DNA from: an uncultured Anaerolineales bacterium
Lineage (GTDB): Bacteria; Chloroflexota; Anaerolineae; B4-G1
Assembly (NCBI GenBank): GCA_964509655.1
Contig: CAZDYW010000001.1
Span: forward strand, 1-48,481
Reading direction: 5' to 3'
Length of the DNA: 48,481 nt
Every line of letters starts with the position of its first letter. The stretch's first letter is position 1. The notes below the pieces were generated by a model. The model was not told the DNA's origin and ran no database searches. It saw only the letters and a list, made by a program, of their open reading frames with translations. Shown in pieces: positions 33,345 to 44,429 of the stretch. A program made the position numbers and the translations under genes.

Positions 33345-33691
33345 TGCGCCAAGGCGACGTTTATCTCGTGCAATTGCCTATGGCCGAAGGTCGAGAACAG
33401 GCCGGCAGCCGGCCGACCATCGTCATTCAAGATCCTGTGACCGGCGGGCCTCTCCCCACCGTCTTAATCATCCCCCTGACCTCTCAATTGGCGGCCTCCA
33501 GGTTTCCCAGCACCCTGGTCATCGAACCTGACAAACAGAACAGTCTGGTGTCCACATCGGTGGCACTCGTCTTTCAGACACGTGCCATCGACCGGCGGCG
33601 TCTCGGGGCACGCCTGGGTTCCATCAAGCCCCGACAGTTGAAACGCCTTTTTCAACTGCTCGATCAACTCCTCGGCCGAGATCAATCTTGA
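33344..33691 (+). CDS. mazF: MazF/PemK-family endoribonuclease toxin
   Basis: MRQGDVYLVQLP...GSRPTIVIQD...VLIIPLTSQ...SVALVFQTRAIDRRRL matches the PemK/MazF SH3-like fold signature (GDV..V.....G.E..G.RP..V.......V..P.TS). Confidence 0.85.
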   Translation: MRQGDVYLVQLPMAEGREQAGSRPTIVIQDPVTGGPLPTVLIIPLTSQLAASRFPSTLVIEPDKQNSLVSTSVALVFQTRAIDRRRLGARLGSIKPRQLKRLFQLLDQLLGRDQS

Positions 33692-33765
33692 CGTAGCCTT
33701 ACCACTTTCGCGCTGGAGTGCATCCCTCTTCTCAGAGCATCGCCGTGGGCTATTTGACGGGATAG

Positions 33766-35313
33766 GTGAGCGAGAACGAAGAAGTGAAACTGAGCCGCCT
33801 GCTCGAGGCCTTACCCACTGTCCTGAATCGCGTCAGCAGTGAGGCCCAGGTACGAGGCATAGCCGCCGACTCGCGCCAAGTGCAACCTGGCGATCTTTTT
33901 GTCGCCATCCCCGGCCTCACCGTGGACGGTCATCGCTTCATCACTGAAGCTGTGGCGAAGGGCGCGGTTGCCATCGTTGGCACGCGCTGCCCCGACGATC
34001 TGCAGGGCTTCCCTCGTTCCATTCCTTACGTCCGTGTTTCTGATGCGCGGGAAGCTTGGGGTTGGTTGTCTGCTGCTTGGCGCGATTTCCCCTCCCGTAA
34101 AATGATACTCATCGGTGTCACAGGCACGGATGGTAAGACTACCACAGTCAACTTTGTCCACGCTATTCTGCGCACTGCGGGCATCAACGTAGGGATGCTT
34201 AGCACCGTTAGCGCGCGCATCGATGGGGAAGAGGTCGATACTGGACTTCACACAACAACCCCCGATCCCCCTGATGTCCAGCGATATCTAGCCCGTATGT
34301 TAAAGGCTGGCGCCACACACGCTGTGCTGGAGGTTACATCGCATGGGCTGGCTCAACATCGGGTGGCAGGTTGTGATTTCGACGTGGCTGCTTTGACCAA
34401 TATCACCCATGAGCACCTTGATTTTCACCATTCTCTGGATGCCTATCGACGAGCCAAGGCCCGTCTCTTTGAAGGGCTGACTAGCTCTTTTCGTAAGCGA
34501 GGTGTGCCAAAGGTTGCGGTCCTCAATCGAGACGATGATTCCTTCTCTTTCATGAGCGCCATTCCGGTTGATCGACAACTTTTCTATGCCATAGAGAGTG
34601 AGGCCGATGTGACTGCTCGTGAAATCCGCTTCGCTCCTGACCGGACTAGATTTATACTGGTCACCCCTGCAGGCGAGATAGATGTAGAGACACATCTGGT
34701 GGGGGCCTACAATGTGAGCAATGCTCTGGCTGCAGCGACTATCGGTGTGGCTATAGGCCTTTCCTTGGAGGATGTTGCGGAGGGGATCGCCGCTTTGCGC
34801 AGCGTTCCTGGGCGGATGGAGCGTATTGAGGAGGGTCAGAATTTCCTGGCCCTCGTCGATTTCGCGCATACACCCAACGCGCTGGCGCAAGCGCTGCAAA
34901 CAGCACAGGGGATGACGACTGGGCGTGTGATTGTCGTCTTCGGCTGTGCGGGCTTGAGAGATCGGGAGAAGCGCCCTATGATGGGGCGAATTGCTGGACA
35001 GTTGGCCGATGTAGTGATTATCACTGCCGAGGATCCGCGCACCGAAAGCCTGGATGAGATTATCAAGCTCGTCGTCTCTGCTGCTGAGGAAACGGGTAAG
35101 CGTGAGGGAGTGAACCTATTCCGTGTTCCGGATCGGGGAGAAGCACTCCTGAAGGCGTGTAGTATAGCGGAGAATGGTGATGTTGTCATCGCTTGTGGAA
35201 AAGGACATGAACAAAGCATGTGTTTCGGTGCCACTGAATATCCTTGGGACGACCGCAAGGCGATGCGGCTCGCGCTTCAAGGGAAGAAAATGAACACTCT
35301 TCCTAACGGCTGA
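33766..35313 (+). CDS. murE: UDP-N-acetylmuramoyl-L-alanyl-D-glutamate--2,6-diaminopimelate ligase
   Basis: Mur ligase motifs are present: the P-loop GVTGTDGKTTT, ALTNITHEHLDFH, VDFAHTP, and the C-terminal AEDPR plus DRGEAL region, consistent with the DAP-adding type. The start is GTG. Confidence 0.93.
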   Translation: MSENEEVKLSRLLEALPTVLNRVSSEAQVRGIAADSRQVQPGDLFVAIPGLTVDGHRFITEAVAKGAVAIVGTRCPDDLQGFPRSIPYVRVSDAREAWGWLSAAWRDFPSRKMILIGVTGTDGKTTTVNFVHAILRTAGINVGMLSTVSARIDGEEVDTGLHTTTPDPPDVQRYLARMLKAGATHAVLEVTSHGLAQHRVAGCDFDVAALTNITHEHLDFHHSLDAYRRAKARLFEGLTSSFRKRGVPKVAVLNRDDDSFSFMSAIPVDRQLFYAIESEADVTAREIRFAPDRTRFILVTPAGEIDVETHLVGAYNVSNALAAATIGVAIGLSLEDVAEGIAALRSVPGRMERIEEGQNFLALVDFAHTPNALAQALQTAQGMTTGRVIVVFGCAGLRDREKRPMMGRIAGQLADVVIITAEDPRTESLDEIIKLVVSAAEETGKREGVNLFRVPDRGEALLKACSIAENGDVVIACGKGHEQSMCFGATEYPWDDRKAMRLALQGKKMNTLPNG

Positions 35314-35321
35314 TATAGAGG

Positions 35322-36107
35322 ATGGGGAAGGATGATGAAGGCATGCCATATGCGGAAATAGCCGATGGGAACCTTTTCTATAGCCTGAGCCGAGCAGAAA
35401 CAGGCTATCCTGCGTTGGTGCTCGTGCATGGGGCTGGAGGCAATCGCTTGCATTGGCCGCCAGAACTACGTCGTTTACCTGGCGCTACGGTTTACGCGCT
35501 TGATCTGCCAGGTCATGGGCGTTCGGACGGCCTTGGTCGTGATACCATCGCAGGCTACGCGGATGCAGTCTCTGCTTTTCTAAGCACGCTTGATGTCGAG
35601 CGTGCTATCATCGTGGGGCATTCTATGGGCGGAGCCATAGCCCAAAAATTGGCCTTGGAATCACCGGCCCGACTGACCGGGCTAGTGCTGATGGCGACTG
35701 GAGCACGGCTGCGTGTAGCTCCATTCATTCTCCGGGGAATCTGTGATGACTTTGAGGAGACTGTAGGGATTATCACGCGGTTAGCTTGGTCTCCGGAGAC
35801 AGGCCCGGATTTGATTGAACTGGGGCGGCAAGCGCTTTTGGATGCGGGGCCCGCTGTGCTGAAGAAAGATTTTGTGGCATGTGATCGCTTCAACGTGATG
35901 GAGAGGTTGGGGGAGATCAGCGTTCCCACCTTGGTCATCGGCGGTACAGCGGATCAACTCACGTCGGTCAAGTATGCGCACTTTTTAGCCGAGCACATCC
36001 CCAGCGCTCAATGCTTGATCCTTGAAGGCGCTGGGCATATGGTTATGTTGGAGCGGCCCCGACAGGTTTCAACAGCGACAAGTAGATTTCTTAGGGGTCT
36101 CCGTTAG
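35322..36107 (+). CDS. Alpha/beta-fold hydrolase
   Basis: LVLVHGAGGN (oxyanion region), the nucleophile elbow GHSMGG, and a C-terminal GAGHMVMLERP histidine motif. The start is uncertain. The ATGs at 35333, 35336 and 35343 are alternatives. Confidence 0.85.
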   Translation: MGKDDEGMPYAEIADGNLFYSLSRAETGYPALVLVHGAGGNRLHWPPELRRLPGATVYALDLPGHGRSDGLGRDTIAGYADAVSAFLSTLDVERAIIVGHSMGGAIAQKLALESPARLTGLVLMATGARLRVAPFILRGICDDFEETVGIITRLAWSPETGPDLIELGRQALLDAGPAVLKKDFVACDRFNVMERLGEISVPTLVIGGTADQLTSVKYAHFLAEHIPSAQCLILEGAGHMVMLERPRQVSTATSRFLRGLR

Positions 36108-36254
36108 GTTCTGGGGTCAGGCCGCTCACTCGGCTTTCTAGTTTCGAGATCATTGAAAAACTTGCTCCGAGACCCGTTTCGGTCCGCCCGTTGAAGATGG
36201 GCTAGAGCAATTTTTAATGCTCTCTTTCCCTTATTTCACTCCTCTCTCTCTTTT

Positions 36255-37553
36255 TCAAATTTGCACGAACAGGTTGAGGAAATCCTCGTTGCTCTGAGTT
36301 CGTTTGAGGACACTGAGTAACTCTTGCATTGCTTGGCCCCTGCTGTAGCCGGAGCTTTGCGAATCCAAGAAGCGCTGTCGCATCATCCACACCTTCTGCT
36401 GTGTATTCTCATCTAGCAGCAATTCCTCTCGACGTGTGCCCGAACGCTCGATGTCGAAAGCAGGGAAGATACGGCGTTCTTGCAACAAGCGGCTCAAGTG
36501 GAGCTCCATGTTGCCAGTACCCTTGAACTCCTCGTAGATCATATCGTCCATCCTGCTACCTGTGTCTATCAGACATGTGGCAATAATGGTCAGACTGCCT
36601 CCCTCCTCAATGTTGCGGGCTGCACCAAAGAAGTGCTTGGGGGGATAGAGCGCGCCGGGATCAAGCCCGCCAGAGAGGGTACGACCACTAGGCTGCACCA
36701 CCAAGTTGTAAGCTCGTGAGAGTCGGGTGATGCTGTCTAGAAGAATGACGACATCCTCTTGTTTTTCTACCAACCGCTTGGCCCGTGCTAGGGCTGTCTC
36801 CGCCACTTGAGCGTGACTCCTCACTCGCTCATCGAATGTCGAACTTATCACTTCGGCATCCACCGAGCGATCCATATCGGTGACCTCCTCAGGTCGTTCG
36901 CCAATTAGCGCCACCATCAGATAAATTTCCGGGTGATTGGTCGTTATGCCGTTGGCTATGCGCTTGAGCACAGTGGTTTTGCCCGCTTTCGGTGGAGATA
37001 CGATGAGGCCACGTTGTCCCTTCCCGATCGGCGCGATCATGCTCAGCAATCGTGTCGTTAAATCTCCGTCCAGTATGAACGGTTCATCGGGAAATATTGG
37101 CGTCAGCGACTCGAAGTGGGGACGGTGCTTGGCAATTTCTGGATCATCGCTATTGACTGCCTCGACGCGCAGGAGGCTGTAGTACCTCTCATTCTCCTTG
37201 GGCGGCCTTATCTGCCCGATCACCAGATCGCCCGTGCGCAACCCAAAGCGTCTGATCTGGGATTGTGAGACATAGATGTCGTTCGGCCCCGGCTTATACT
37301 TTTCAGGGCGCAAATAACCCTTATTCTCATCGATTATGTCCAGCACGCCGCCACCGAAGATCAACCCCTCTTGTTCTGTCTTAGCCTGTAATAGGCGGAT
37401 GATCAAGTCGTCTTTGTTCAAACGGCTATAACCGGACACGTCCCAATCTCGAGCCAAATCGCGTAGCTCCGTCAGCGTCTTGGCTTGCATATCTGCTATG
37501 TTGATTTCTGAGTTCACGTTCCTTTCTCCTATTTTTTCAAAACTTTCTTCCAT
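36255..37553 (-). CDS. rho: Transcription termination factor Rho
   Basis: It has an N-terminal Rho_N domain ([25 protein letters not shown]), an RNA-binding cold-shock-like domain, Walker A ([16 protein letters not shown]), and the conserved ATPase core. Confidence 0.96.
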   Translation of the reverse strand: MEESFEKIGERNVNSEINIADMQAKTLTELRDLARDWDVSGYSRLNKDDLIIRLLQAKTEQEGLIFGGGVLDIIDENKGYLRPEKYKPGPNDIYVSQSQIRRFGLRTGDLVIGQIRPPKENERYYSLLRVEAVNSDDPEIAKHRPHFESLTPIFPDEPFILDGDLTTRLLSMIAPIGKGQRGLIVSPPKAGKTTVLKRIANGITTNHPEIYLMVALIGERPEEVTDMDRSVDAEVISSTFDERVRSHAQVAETALARAKRLVEKQEDVVILLDSITRLSRAYNLVVQPSGRTLSGGLDPGALYPPKHFFGAARNIEEGGSLTIIATCLIDTGSRMDDMIYEEFKGTGNMELHLSRLLQERRIFPAFDIERSGTRREELLLDENTQQKVWMMRQRFLDSQSSGYSRGQAMQELLSVLKRTQSNEDFLNLFVQI

Positions 37554-37599
37554 TGTAACTGCTTGAGTTGGATCTGGTGATTTGAATGTAGCTTAGCAG

Positions 37600-38613
37600 T
37601 TACCCTTTGTCATATTTGGCGATGTACTCTTCTGCTTTTTTAACTAGCTCTTGATTACCGACAAAAAGCGGGGTGCGTTGGTGCAAATCATGTGGCTTTA
37701 CATCGAGGAGGTTCTGATGCCCGTCTGAAGCATATCCGCCAGCTTGTTTGGCGATGAAGGCTAAAGGATTGGCTTCGTAAATCAAGCGCAATTTACCTTC
37801 TGGTCTTCTTGGATCGGCTGGATAATAGAATATCCCTCCTTCTAACAAGTTACGGTGAAAGTCGGCCACCAGTGCGCCAATATACCGACTGGAGAGCATT
37901 TTGCGCTTATTACTTTCGTCGCGTCCTTGTAGCCAATGGGTGTAGCGTCGAACGCCCTCGCTCCAGTATTGCTCGTATGCTTGGTTGGTGCTGTAGTACT
38001 TGGCCTCTTCGGGAATTTTGATGTCGGGGTGAGAGAGCAAAAACTCTCCTAGGCTGGGATCTAGGGTGAAGCCATGTACCCCTTTCCCTGTTGTATAGAC
38101 CATCATAGTGCTAGAGCCGTAGATGATGTAGCCAGCAGCGGTCATTGCTGACCCTTTTTGTAAACAGTCCTCTTCATTCCCTGGTCCACTTGTGCTCACT
38201 CGTTGATAAATGGCGAATATTGTGCCGATGGTAGCGTTGACGTCGATGTTGGATGATCCATCAAGAGGATCGAAGACGAGTACATACTTACCTGTCTTGT
38301 ACTTTTGGGTAATTGGTATGATACCTTCGCGTTCCTCAGAGGCCATTATGGCTAGTCGACCAGTGTAGGAATTCATGCGAATGATGACCTCATTGGCCAA
38401 GACATCAAGTTTCATCTGCTCCTCGCCTTGAACGTTGACTTCCCCGGCTTTGCCTAGAATGTCGACTAGTCCGGCACGGGTAGCTTCGCGGGAAATTATT
38501 TTACCAGTCAGAGCCATGTCGTATAGCAAGCTGGAAAATACCCCGGTCGCTTCTGGATGTTCTCTCTCTTGCTCGATGATGTGTCTTTCAATAGTGATGA
38601 TTTGGTCAACCAT
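37600..38613 (-). CDS. fbp: Fructose-1,6-bisphosphatase, class 1
   Basis: FBPase class 1 blocks are present ([56 protein letters not shown]). The ATG at 38613 ([12 protein letters not shown]) follows AGGAG. The track start 38673 overlaps the CBS gene. Confidence 0.93.
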   Translation of the reverse strand: MVDQIITIERHIIEQEREHPEATGVFSSLLYDMALTGKIISREATRAGLVDILGKAGEVNVQGEEQMKLDVLANEVIIRMNSYTGRLAIMASEEREGIIPITQKYKTGKYVLVFDPLDGSSNIDVNATIGTIFAIYQRVSTSGPGNEEDCLQKGSAMTAAGYIIYGSSTMMVYTTGKGVHGFTLDPSLGEFLLSHPDIKIPEEAKYYSTNQAYEQYWSEGVRRYTHWLQGRDESNKRKMLSSRYIGALVADFHRNLLEGGIFYYPADPRRPEGKLRLIYEANPLAFIAKQAGGYASDGHQNLLDVKPHDLHQRTPLFVGNQELVKKAEEYIAKYDKG

Positions 38614-38669
38614 AAGTTTCTCCTGTGTATGTTGCTTGTTTTTCCTGATCTTGTCCGATTTGATTTGTC

Positions 38670-39080
38670 TCAATCAAGATACCATACCCATCGAGCGCCG
38701 CGCATTTCACGAACGATATCAGTCGTCGAAAGAATCCCCAAGGGCTTATCATTTTTATCCACCACTAGCAAGCGGTGAATGTGGCTCTCCAATAACTTTT
38801 GGGCTGCTTCCTCCACTGTGGCGTTCTCCGATATGCTGATGACTTCAGGAGTCATCACATCACGGGCTTGAAAGGCCGTTAAATCCTCGCCATAGTGAGA
38901 GATGGTATCTGTATGGGATACTACTCCCACAGGAGGTGCCCCTTCTCTTTCGGCTACCATGATGGCATGGATCTCTGTATCTGCCATCACTCGAACTACT
39001 TCCTGAAGGGGAGTTTCAGGTTTGCAAAAGATGACTCCTTTGTGGTATATATCGCGCACCAGTCGTTCTCTTTCATTCAT
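38670..39080 (-). CDS. CBS domain pair protein
   Basis: 136 aa with two CBS motifs ([12 protein letters not shown]... and [27 protein letters not shown]). There is a GGAGG SD 6 nt upstream. Confidence 0.85.
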   Translation of the reverse strand: MNERERLVRDIYHKGVIFCKPETPLQEVVRVMADTEIHAIMVAEREGAPPVGVVSHTDTISHYGEDLTAFQARDVMTPEVISISENATVEEAAQKLLESHIHRLLVVDKNDKPLGILSTTDIVREMRGARWVWYLD

Positions 39081-39160
39081 CTTGGCCTCCTCTCACTTTA
39101 CTCAAATTTTCACTTTGTTCGTTGAGATCGTTTGCGAGCTTTTCCATAAAGATGGCAGTT

Positions 39161-40087
39161 TCAGATTGTGAACCATAGGACATAGTAATAACCGATTACC
39201 GCTGCCCATAACATGCTATCCACTCGATCTAGAGCACCGCCGTGACCAGGGAACAGGTGACCGCTGTCTTTCGCTCCAACTTGACGCTTGATCATAGAGA
39301 TAGAGAGATCGCCCAGTGGTGTCAATGTAGCGATGAATAAACCTAAAAAGAGGCCATGTTTGCCTCCGATGGGTGTGCTTGGCCCAAAGTGTGCATGCCA
39401 TAGTAAGCTCCATAAGGTGGTTGCTAACGTGCCGACGATTACACCGCCGATGTATCCTTCCCAGGTTTTACCTGAGCTCAGGGTGTGGGATAGCTTATGC
39501 TGTCCCCAAGCCGATCCGACGAAGTAGGCCCCGCTGTCTACGAATGCAGTGGCTGCTATCACTATCAGAGTCCATCCTAGTCCGTCATTCGGCATCTGGC
39601 GTAGGGCAATCAAGTGAGCCCCACACAATCCTAGGTAAAGTCCTCCCGTTATGGTTAGTGTCCAATCTGTAACTTGATAGCGTTGATGGTGGAACACATA
39701 CCACGCTAAGGAACCGAGTAAGATCACGGCTAAGCCGGGTTGTAGCAAGCTTAAAGTTGGGAATTGAGCATCTAGTAGTAGAATCCACGTAAGGCCAATG
39801 CTGAGGGCGGTCGTTGGTCTGAAACCGTTGCGAGCTACTAGACGACAAAACTCAACTACTGCCAGTGTCAGTAGCAGTGTTACCAGAGCTAGTAACAGCC
39901 AATCGCCCATGCAGATACACACAATGGCGATTGGGATTAGAATTACAGCGGTGATAAGACGTGAGTTTAACACGACGCCGAAGCACTTTGATAGTGATCG
40001 TAACGAGCATTCATGGCTGCAACCGGTTGCATATAGACGTGGACAAGCATTCATCTTGAGTGATAGGTGCGGAATGTGAGCTTTCAA
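39161..40087 (-). CDS. cdsA: Phosphatidate cytidylyltransferase (CDP-diglyceride synthase)
   Basis: The signature SMIKRQVGAKDSGHLFPGHGGALDRVDS is present, with multiple TM helices. The first 35-40 residues of the ORF are not CdsA-like, so the true start may lie downstream of 40087. Confidence 0.87.
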   Translation of the reverse strand: MKAHIPHLSLKMNACPRLYATGCSHECSLRSLSKCFGVVLNSRLITAVILIPIAIVCICMGDWLLLALVTLLLTLAVVEFCRLVARNGFRPTTALSIGLTWILLLDAQFPTLSLLQPGLAVILLGSLAWYVFHHQRYQVTDWTLTITGGLYLGLCGAHLIALRQMPNDGLGWTLIVIAATAFVDSGAYFVGSAWGQHKLSHTLSSGKTWEGYIGGVIVGTLATTLWSLLWHAHFGPSTPIGGKHGLFLGLFIATLTPLGDLSISMIKRQVGAKDSGHLFPGHGGALDRVDSMLWAAVIGYYYVLWFTI

Positions 40088-40407
40088 ACAAGTGAGGATC
40101 CTAGATTCTCTAAACTCTTGGACTTTTCAAGATGGCATAGGCAGCTTCTAAACTGTTGCCACGCCGGTATGGTAACTCGGCCCGCTAAAGAAGCCGCAAT
40201 CTAAGCTTGTTCATAGAGCCTGCGCTTCAGGAGTATTAAACGGAGACAACCTGCGAAGCATTCTTTGAACCCATCGCACTGAGAATTGATGTGGGAAGCT
40301 ATTCGCGCTGTTTGATTTTCTAAAGGAGGCCCGAAAAGTATATCGCCCAAGCTTAAATTCCCTTGGGGGGAATCAGTCACTTCGAATGGACGAATCACTG
40401 GAATGGT

Positions 40408-41142
40408 CTAAGGGAGTATCCCAAAACGGCGTTCGCGCTTTTTGTAGTCCTTCAGCGCCTTGTAGAACTCATCTTTGTCAAAATCGGGCCACAGCGTGGG
40501 GGTTGTATAAAACTCTGCGTATGCTCCTTGCCAGATGAGGAAGTTGCTAATCCTCATCTCTCCACTGGTGCGAATGATCATATCGGGGTCGGGTATCCCG
40601 GCTGTGTAAAGATATTGGCTAACAAGTTCTTCATCCACCTGATCAGCCGGGACCTTGTCAGTGATGATGTCCCTTATTGCATCTACAATCTCGGCTCGAC
40701 CGCCATAGTTGAAGGCCACGTTGAGAATTAAGCGTTGGTTATCTTGAGTCAATTCGATGGCGTGTTTGACCTTTTGCTGCAACTCTGGGGAAATCCGCTC
40801 CAGACGACCGATGTGACGCAACTGAACACCTTGCTCATTTAGTCTAGACAGTTCTCGGTCGATCACCTGTTCTAGGATAGACAGCAGGCCCTTAACCTCT
40901 CTCTCTGGTCGCTCCCAATTTTCTGTCGAGAAGGCATAGATGGTGAGGACCGAAACCCCAAATTCGACTGCTGCGCGGAGTACCCTGCGCAAATTTTCAG
41001 TTCCTGCTCGGTGTCCGGCCAGCCGAGGTAACCCACGCCTTCTAGCCCAGCGCCCGTTACCGTCCATAATGATACCGACGTGCTCCGGTACTTTCTCTAG
41101 AGGGGGATAACGCTGATTGTCCTGTGTTTTGCCAGAGGGCAT
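40408..41142 (-). CDS. uppS: Isoprenyl transferase (undecaprenyl diphosphate synthase family)
   Basis: [24 protein letters not shown], and [23 protein letters not shown]. Confidence 0.95.
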   Translation of the reverse strand: MPSGKTQDNQRYPPLEKVPEHVGIIMDGNGRWARRRGLPRLAGHRAGTENLRRVLRAAVEFGVSVLTIYAFSTENWERPEREVKGLLSILEQVIDRELSRLNEQGVQLRHIGRLERISPELQQKVKHAIELTQDNQRLILNVAFNYGGRAEIVDAIRDIITDKVPADQVDEELVSQYLYTAGIPDPDMIIRTSGEMRISNFLIWQGAYAEFYTTPTLWPDFDKDEFYKALKDYKKRERRFGILP

Positions 41143-41276
41143 GATTCGTGGATTGACGGATGTGAGGGAATATCAGGTTAGTGCTAGGGAACCTCCAGAA
41201 TAAAACTGAACTCGCCCAAAAGTGAAGCTTTTCACTAGAAAATTAGTCATTTGGGGAATTTCTTTTCTGGAACGGT

Positions 41277-41840
41277 CTAGCTTTCCATGATCTCCCGTTG
41301 CTTGCGGTCACTGATTTTATCCATCTCTTCAGTGTGGCGATCTGTTATGTCCTGGAGCTTATCTTTGCTGCGATAGAAAGCATCCTCAGAGATCAGCTTC
41401 TCGTTTTCTAATTCGCGTAGATCATCCAGTGCGTCACGTCGGATATTCCTGAGGCTTACCTTTCCTTCCTCTACACGTTGACGTACCTTCTTTGTGAGGT
41501 CCACCCTTCTTTCCTCTGTCAATCTTGGGATGGGAAGGCGGATGATGCGACCATCGTTGGAGGGTGTTAGACCGACGTCAGACTTGAGTATTGCGCGCTC
41601 GATGTCCTCCAGCGATTGAGGGTCGTAGGGGCGGACTGTGAGCAGGCTCGGCTCTGGCGCAGATATGACGGCCAGTTGGTTGAGTGGCGTCGGTGTACCG
41701 TAGTAATCTACCATCACCTGTTCTACTAGAGCCGGCGTGGCCCGTCCGGTGCGAACGGTGCGGAGATCAGACATCAGTATCTCGACCGTTTTGCGCATAC
41801 GATTCTCTGTCTCTTTTAGTAATTCTTTATCCATAGTCAT
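41277..41840 (-). CDS. frr: Ribosome recycling factor
   Basis: 187 aa with typical RRF blocks (LRTVRTGRATPALVEQVMVDYYGTPTPLNQLA, LPIPRLTEERR, IRRDALDDL). Confidence 0.96.
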   Translation of the reverse strand: MTMDKELLKETENRMRKTVEILMSDLRTVRTGRATPALVEQVMVDYYGTPTPLNQLAVISAPEPSLLTVRPYDPQSLEDIERAILKSDVGLTPSNDGRIIRLPIPRLTEERRVDLTKKVRQRVEEGKVSLRNIRRDALDDLRELENEKLISEDAFYRSKDKLQDITDRHTEEMDKISDRKQREIMES

Positions 41841-41845
41841 AGCCG

Positions 41846-42562
41846 TTATCTAGAGATCAATGTGCCAATCGGTTCTCCCAGAATTGCTTGCTCCAAGCTA
41901 TGTGGCTGCCACATATTGAGTACGATGATGGGGAGATCATTTTCCATGCAAAGGGATATTGCTGTAGCATCCATCACGCCCACGCGCATTTCGAGCGCTT
42001 TCATATAGGCGAGATGTCCAAACCGTTCAGCGTCTGGGTTTTCGTGAGGGTCTTCGGCGTAAACCCCATCTACCTTTGTAGCTTTGATCAGCAAATCAGC
42101 GTCAATTTCCATCGCTCTAAGCGCTGCGGCTGTATCTGTGGTAAAGTAAGGATTGCCTGTGCCCCCGCCGATGATTATGATGCGTCCTTTTTCCAGATGG
42201 CGGATCGCTCGCAGCCTTATGTAGGGCTCGGCGATAGCCCTCATTTCAATGGCAGTCTGCACACGAATGGTGCTACCTAATCGTTCCAAAGCATCGGCCA
42301 GGGCTAGGGCATTCATCACCGTCGCCAGCATCCCCATATGGTCCGCTGTGGCCCGATCCATACCGTGTGCAAGTCCATCACGCCCACGCCAAATATTGCC
42401 TGCACCAAGGACGATAGCGATTTCAGCTTCTAGGTTGTGTACGTTCTGGATTTTGGCGGCGACTTCCTCTGCCATGTGAGGGCTGATGCCGAAGCCGTTA
42501 GGCTCTGCTAGCGATTCACCGCCTATTTTGAGTAGAACTCGTCTATATTTTGCAGTGCTCAT
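41846..42562 (-). CDS. pyrH: UMP kinase
   Basis: [42 protein letters not shown], and VDGVY. I prefer the ATG at 42562 (MSTAKYRR). The track start is the GTG at 42589. Confidence 0.95.
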   Translation of the reverse strand: MSTAKYRRVLLKIGGESLAEPNGFGISPHMAEEVAAKIQNVHNLEAEIAIVLGAGNIWRGRDGLAHGMDRATADHMGMLATVMNALALADALERLGSTIRVQTAIEMRAIAEPYIRLRAIRHLEKGRIIIIGGGTGNPYFTTDTAAALRAMEIDADLLIKATKVDGVYAEDPHENPDAERFGHLAYMKALEMRVGVMDATAISLCMENDLPIIVLNMWQPHSLEQAILGEPIGTLISR

Positions 42563-42639
42563 AATCTTTTTCTGCCTCAGAAACAGCACGTGGATTCGGA
42601 TTGTCTGTTCGACCTATGTGTCAATTGGGATCTTTGAGG

Positions 42640-43242
42640 CTATTGCGTGTCATCTCCGACTTCGTAACGTGCGAAACGGCTTAGGACAATGTTCTCGCCA
42701 AGCTTTAGGACAGCGTCATTGATCAAATCCTGGACGGTGATGTCATTGTCCTTGACAAATGGCTGTTCCATTAGACAGATCTGTTCGTAGAACTTATCCG
42801 TGCGGCCCTCGACTATACGCTCCACAATATGCTCTGGCTTGCCCTCTTCCAGCGCTTGCCTGTGATAGATGGCTTGTTCAGCTTCGAGAACTTCTTCGGG
42901 TACATCCTCACGAGTGAGGTATCTTGGGGCAGCGAATGCGATATGGAGCGCTAGCTCGTGCGCTAGGTCTTTGAATTCATCGGTACGGGCGACGAAATCG
43001 GTCTCGCAGTTCAGCTCTAGCATCACTCCGATGCGATCACCATGGTGTACGTAGGCTTCAACACACCCTTCAGAGGCTGTGCGGCTGCTTTTCTTGGCCG
43101 CTTCTGCTAACCCCTTTTCGCGCAGGCTAGTGACGGCTTTTTCGTAATCGCCATTTACTGCCTCCAGCGCCTTGCGACAGTCCAACACGCCAGCACCGGT
43201 CGCTTCTCGTAATTCCTTGATCATGGATACAGTAACTTCCAA
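42640..43242 (-). CDS. tsf: Translation elongation factor Ts (short form, 200 aa)
   Basis: [21 protein letters not shown] (UBA-like N-terminal domain) and [13 protein letters not shown]. The TTG start is 8 nt after AAGGAG. Confidence 0.95.
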   Translation of the reverse strand: MEVTVSMIKELREATGAGVLDCRKALEAVNGDYEKAVTSLREKGLAEAAKKSSRTASEGCVEAYVHHGDRIGVMLELNCETDFVARTDEFKDLAHELALHIAFAAPRYLTREDVPEEVLEAEQAIYHRQALEEGKPEHIVERIVEGRTDKFYEQICLMEQPFVKDNDITVQDLINDAVLKLGENIVLSRFARYEVGDDTQ

Positions 43243-43451
43243 GGTTCATTCTCCTTTTTGTTCGATGTAAACTTGTGATGTCACTCTTGTAAAAAGCGGA
43301 TCTTCAATTTCAGTATCTTACGATCACGCTCTAATGACTAAACTCACTGTGCAAAAATTTGACTAAGCCTGTAACCTGGCAGAGTCAGACCTCAAAAAGA
43401 ACCATCGTTCACCAGGTTTGCTCAATTTACAAGGTTTTCGTCGGTTGGGCC

Positions 43452-44282
43452 CTAACCTGCCTCTTCGTTTTCCTCAGCTTCTTCTTTTCCCTCAAAGGAT
43501 AGCTCCTTGAGGCGGGCCAAGGTAGCAGCGCTGAGGTATTTTTCATCTTCGACGCTCAACTCTTCGATCTCCGGCATAATTTCTTCTTCATATGCCTTTT
43601 GCTGTGCGAGCCCCTCTAGCGCGGCGTCGGCTATAGTTGCTGTGATCAGCCGAATGGCGCGGATGGCATCATCATTGGAGGGTATCACATAGTCTATCAT
43701 ATCGGGATTGCAGTTTGTGTCTACCATCGCGATGATGGGGATACCTAAATTGTCGGCTTCTGCCACCGCTGTCGCTTCGCGCTGAATATCTACGACAAAG
43801 AGCAAGTCTGGGAGTTCACGCATCTCCTTGATGCCTCCCAATCTTGTATTCAACTTCTCGATTTCTCGCTCTTTTTCCAGCGCCTCTTTTTTCGTTAAGA
43901 GATCAAAGTCGCCCCGATCTCGGCGCGCTTCTAGCGTGTGCAAGTAGTCGATGCGCTGTCGAATAGTGCGCCAGTTAGTTAATGTGCCACCTAGCCAGCG
44001 CAAATTGACGTAGGGCATTCTACAGCGTTCTGCTTCGTGGGCGATTGTCGCCTGGGCCTGGCGCTTAGTGCCTACGAAAAGTATTGTCCCGCCGGCGGCA
44101 ACCGTATCTTGGACTAATTCGTAAGTTTCTTCAAGGGCAGCGATGGTCTTTTGTAGATTGATGATGTGCACCCCTTTTCGCTCAGTGAAGATGTAAGGGG
44201 CCATCTTAGGATGCCATCGCCGGGTGCGGTGACCGAAGTGCACTCCTGTTTCCAGGAGCGCTTTCATAGAAACAACAGCCAT
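43452..44282 (-). CDS. rpsB: 30S ribosomal protein S2
   Basis: [29 protein letters not shown], and [10 protein letters not shown], with an acidic C-terminal tail. The ATG at 44282 is 7 nt after GGAGG. The track start 44321 is an extension. Confidence 0.96.
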   Translation of the reverse strand: MAVVSMKALLETGVHFGHRTRRWHPKMAPYIFTERKGVHIINLQKTIAALEETYELVQDTVAAGGTILFVGTKRQAQATIAHEAERCRMPYVNLRWLGGTLTNWRTIRQRIDYLHTLEARRDRGDFDLLTKKEALEKEREIEKLNTRLGGIKEMRELPDLLFVVDIQREATAVAEADNLGIPIIAMVDTNCNPDMIDYVIPSNDDAIRAIRLITATIADAALEGLAQQKAYEEEIMPEIEELSVEDEKYLSAATLARLKELSFEGKEEAEENEEAG

Positions 44283-44401
44283 TGGGGAACCTCCTTTACC
44301 GTTTTTTTCCTCCGCCTCCATCTCTCCGCCAAGGGACCAGGCTGGCTGTTCCTGGCACGGCCTCGTCGGTCAGGTGGCGTGTGTTTTACCAAAGCTGATG
44401 A

Positions 44402-44429
44402 ATTGTACCATAAAGTGAGATTTGAGCAA
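44402..44429 (-). promoter_or_regulatory. Promoter candidate for rpsB-tsf (minus strand)
   Basis: On the minus strand: TTGCTC (44429..44424), a 16-nt spacer, then TACAAT (44407..44402), which is preceded by TGG. The predicted leader is about 110 nt. Confidence 0.45.

Noticed and set aside
40201-40398. A 65-aa minus-strand ORF in the uppS-cdsA gap.
   Set aside because: It has a GTG start without an SD. Its composition is atypical for the coding regions of this window, and no motif was recognised. It is kept only as part of the unexplained-gap finding.
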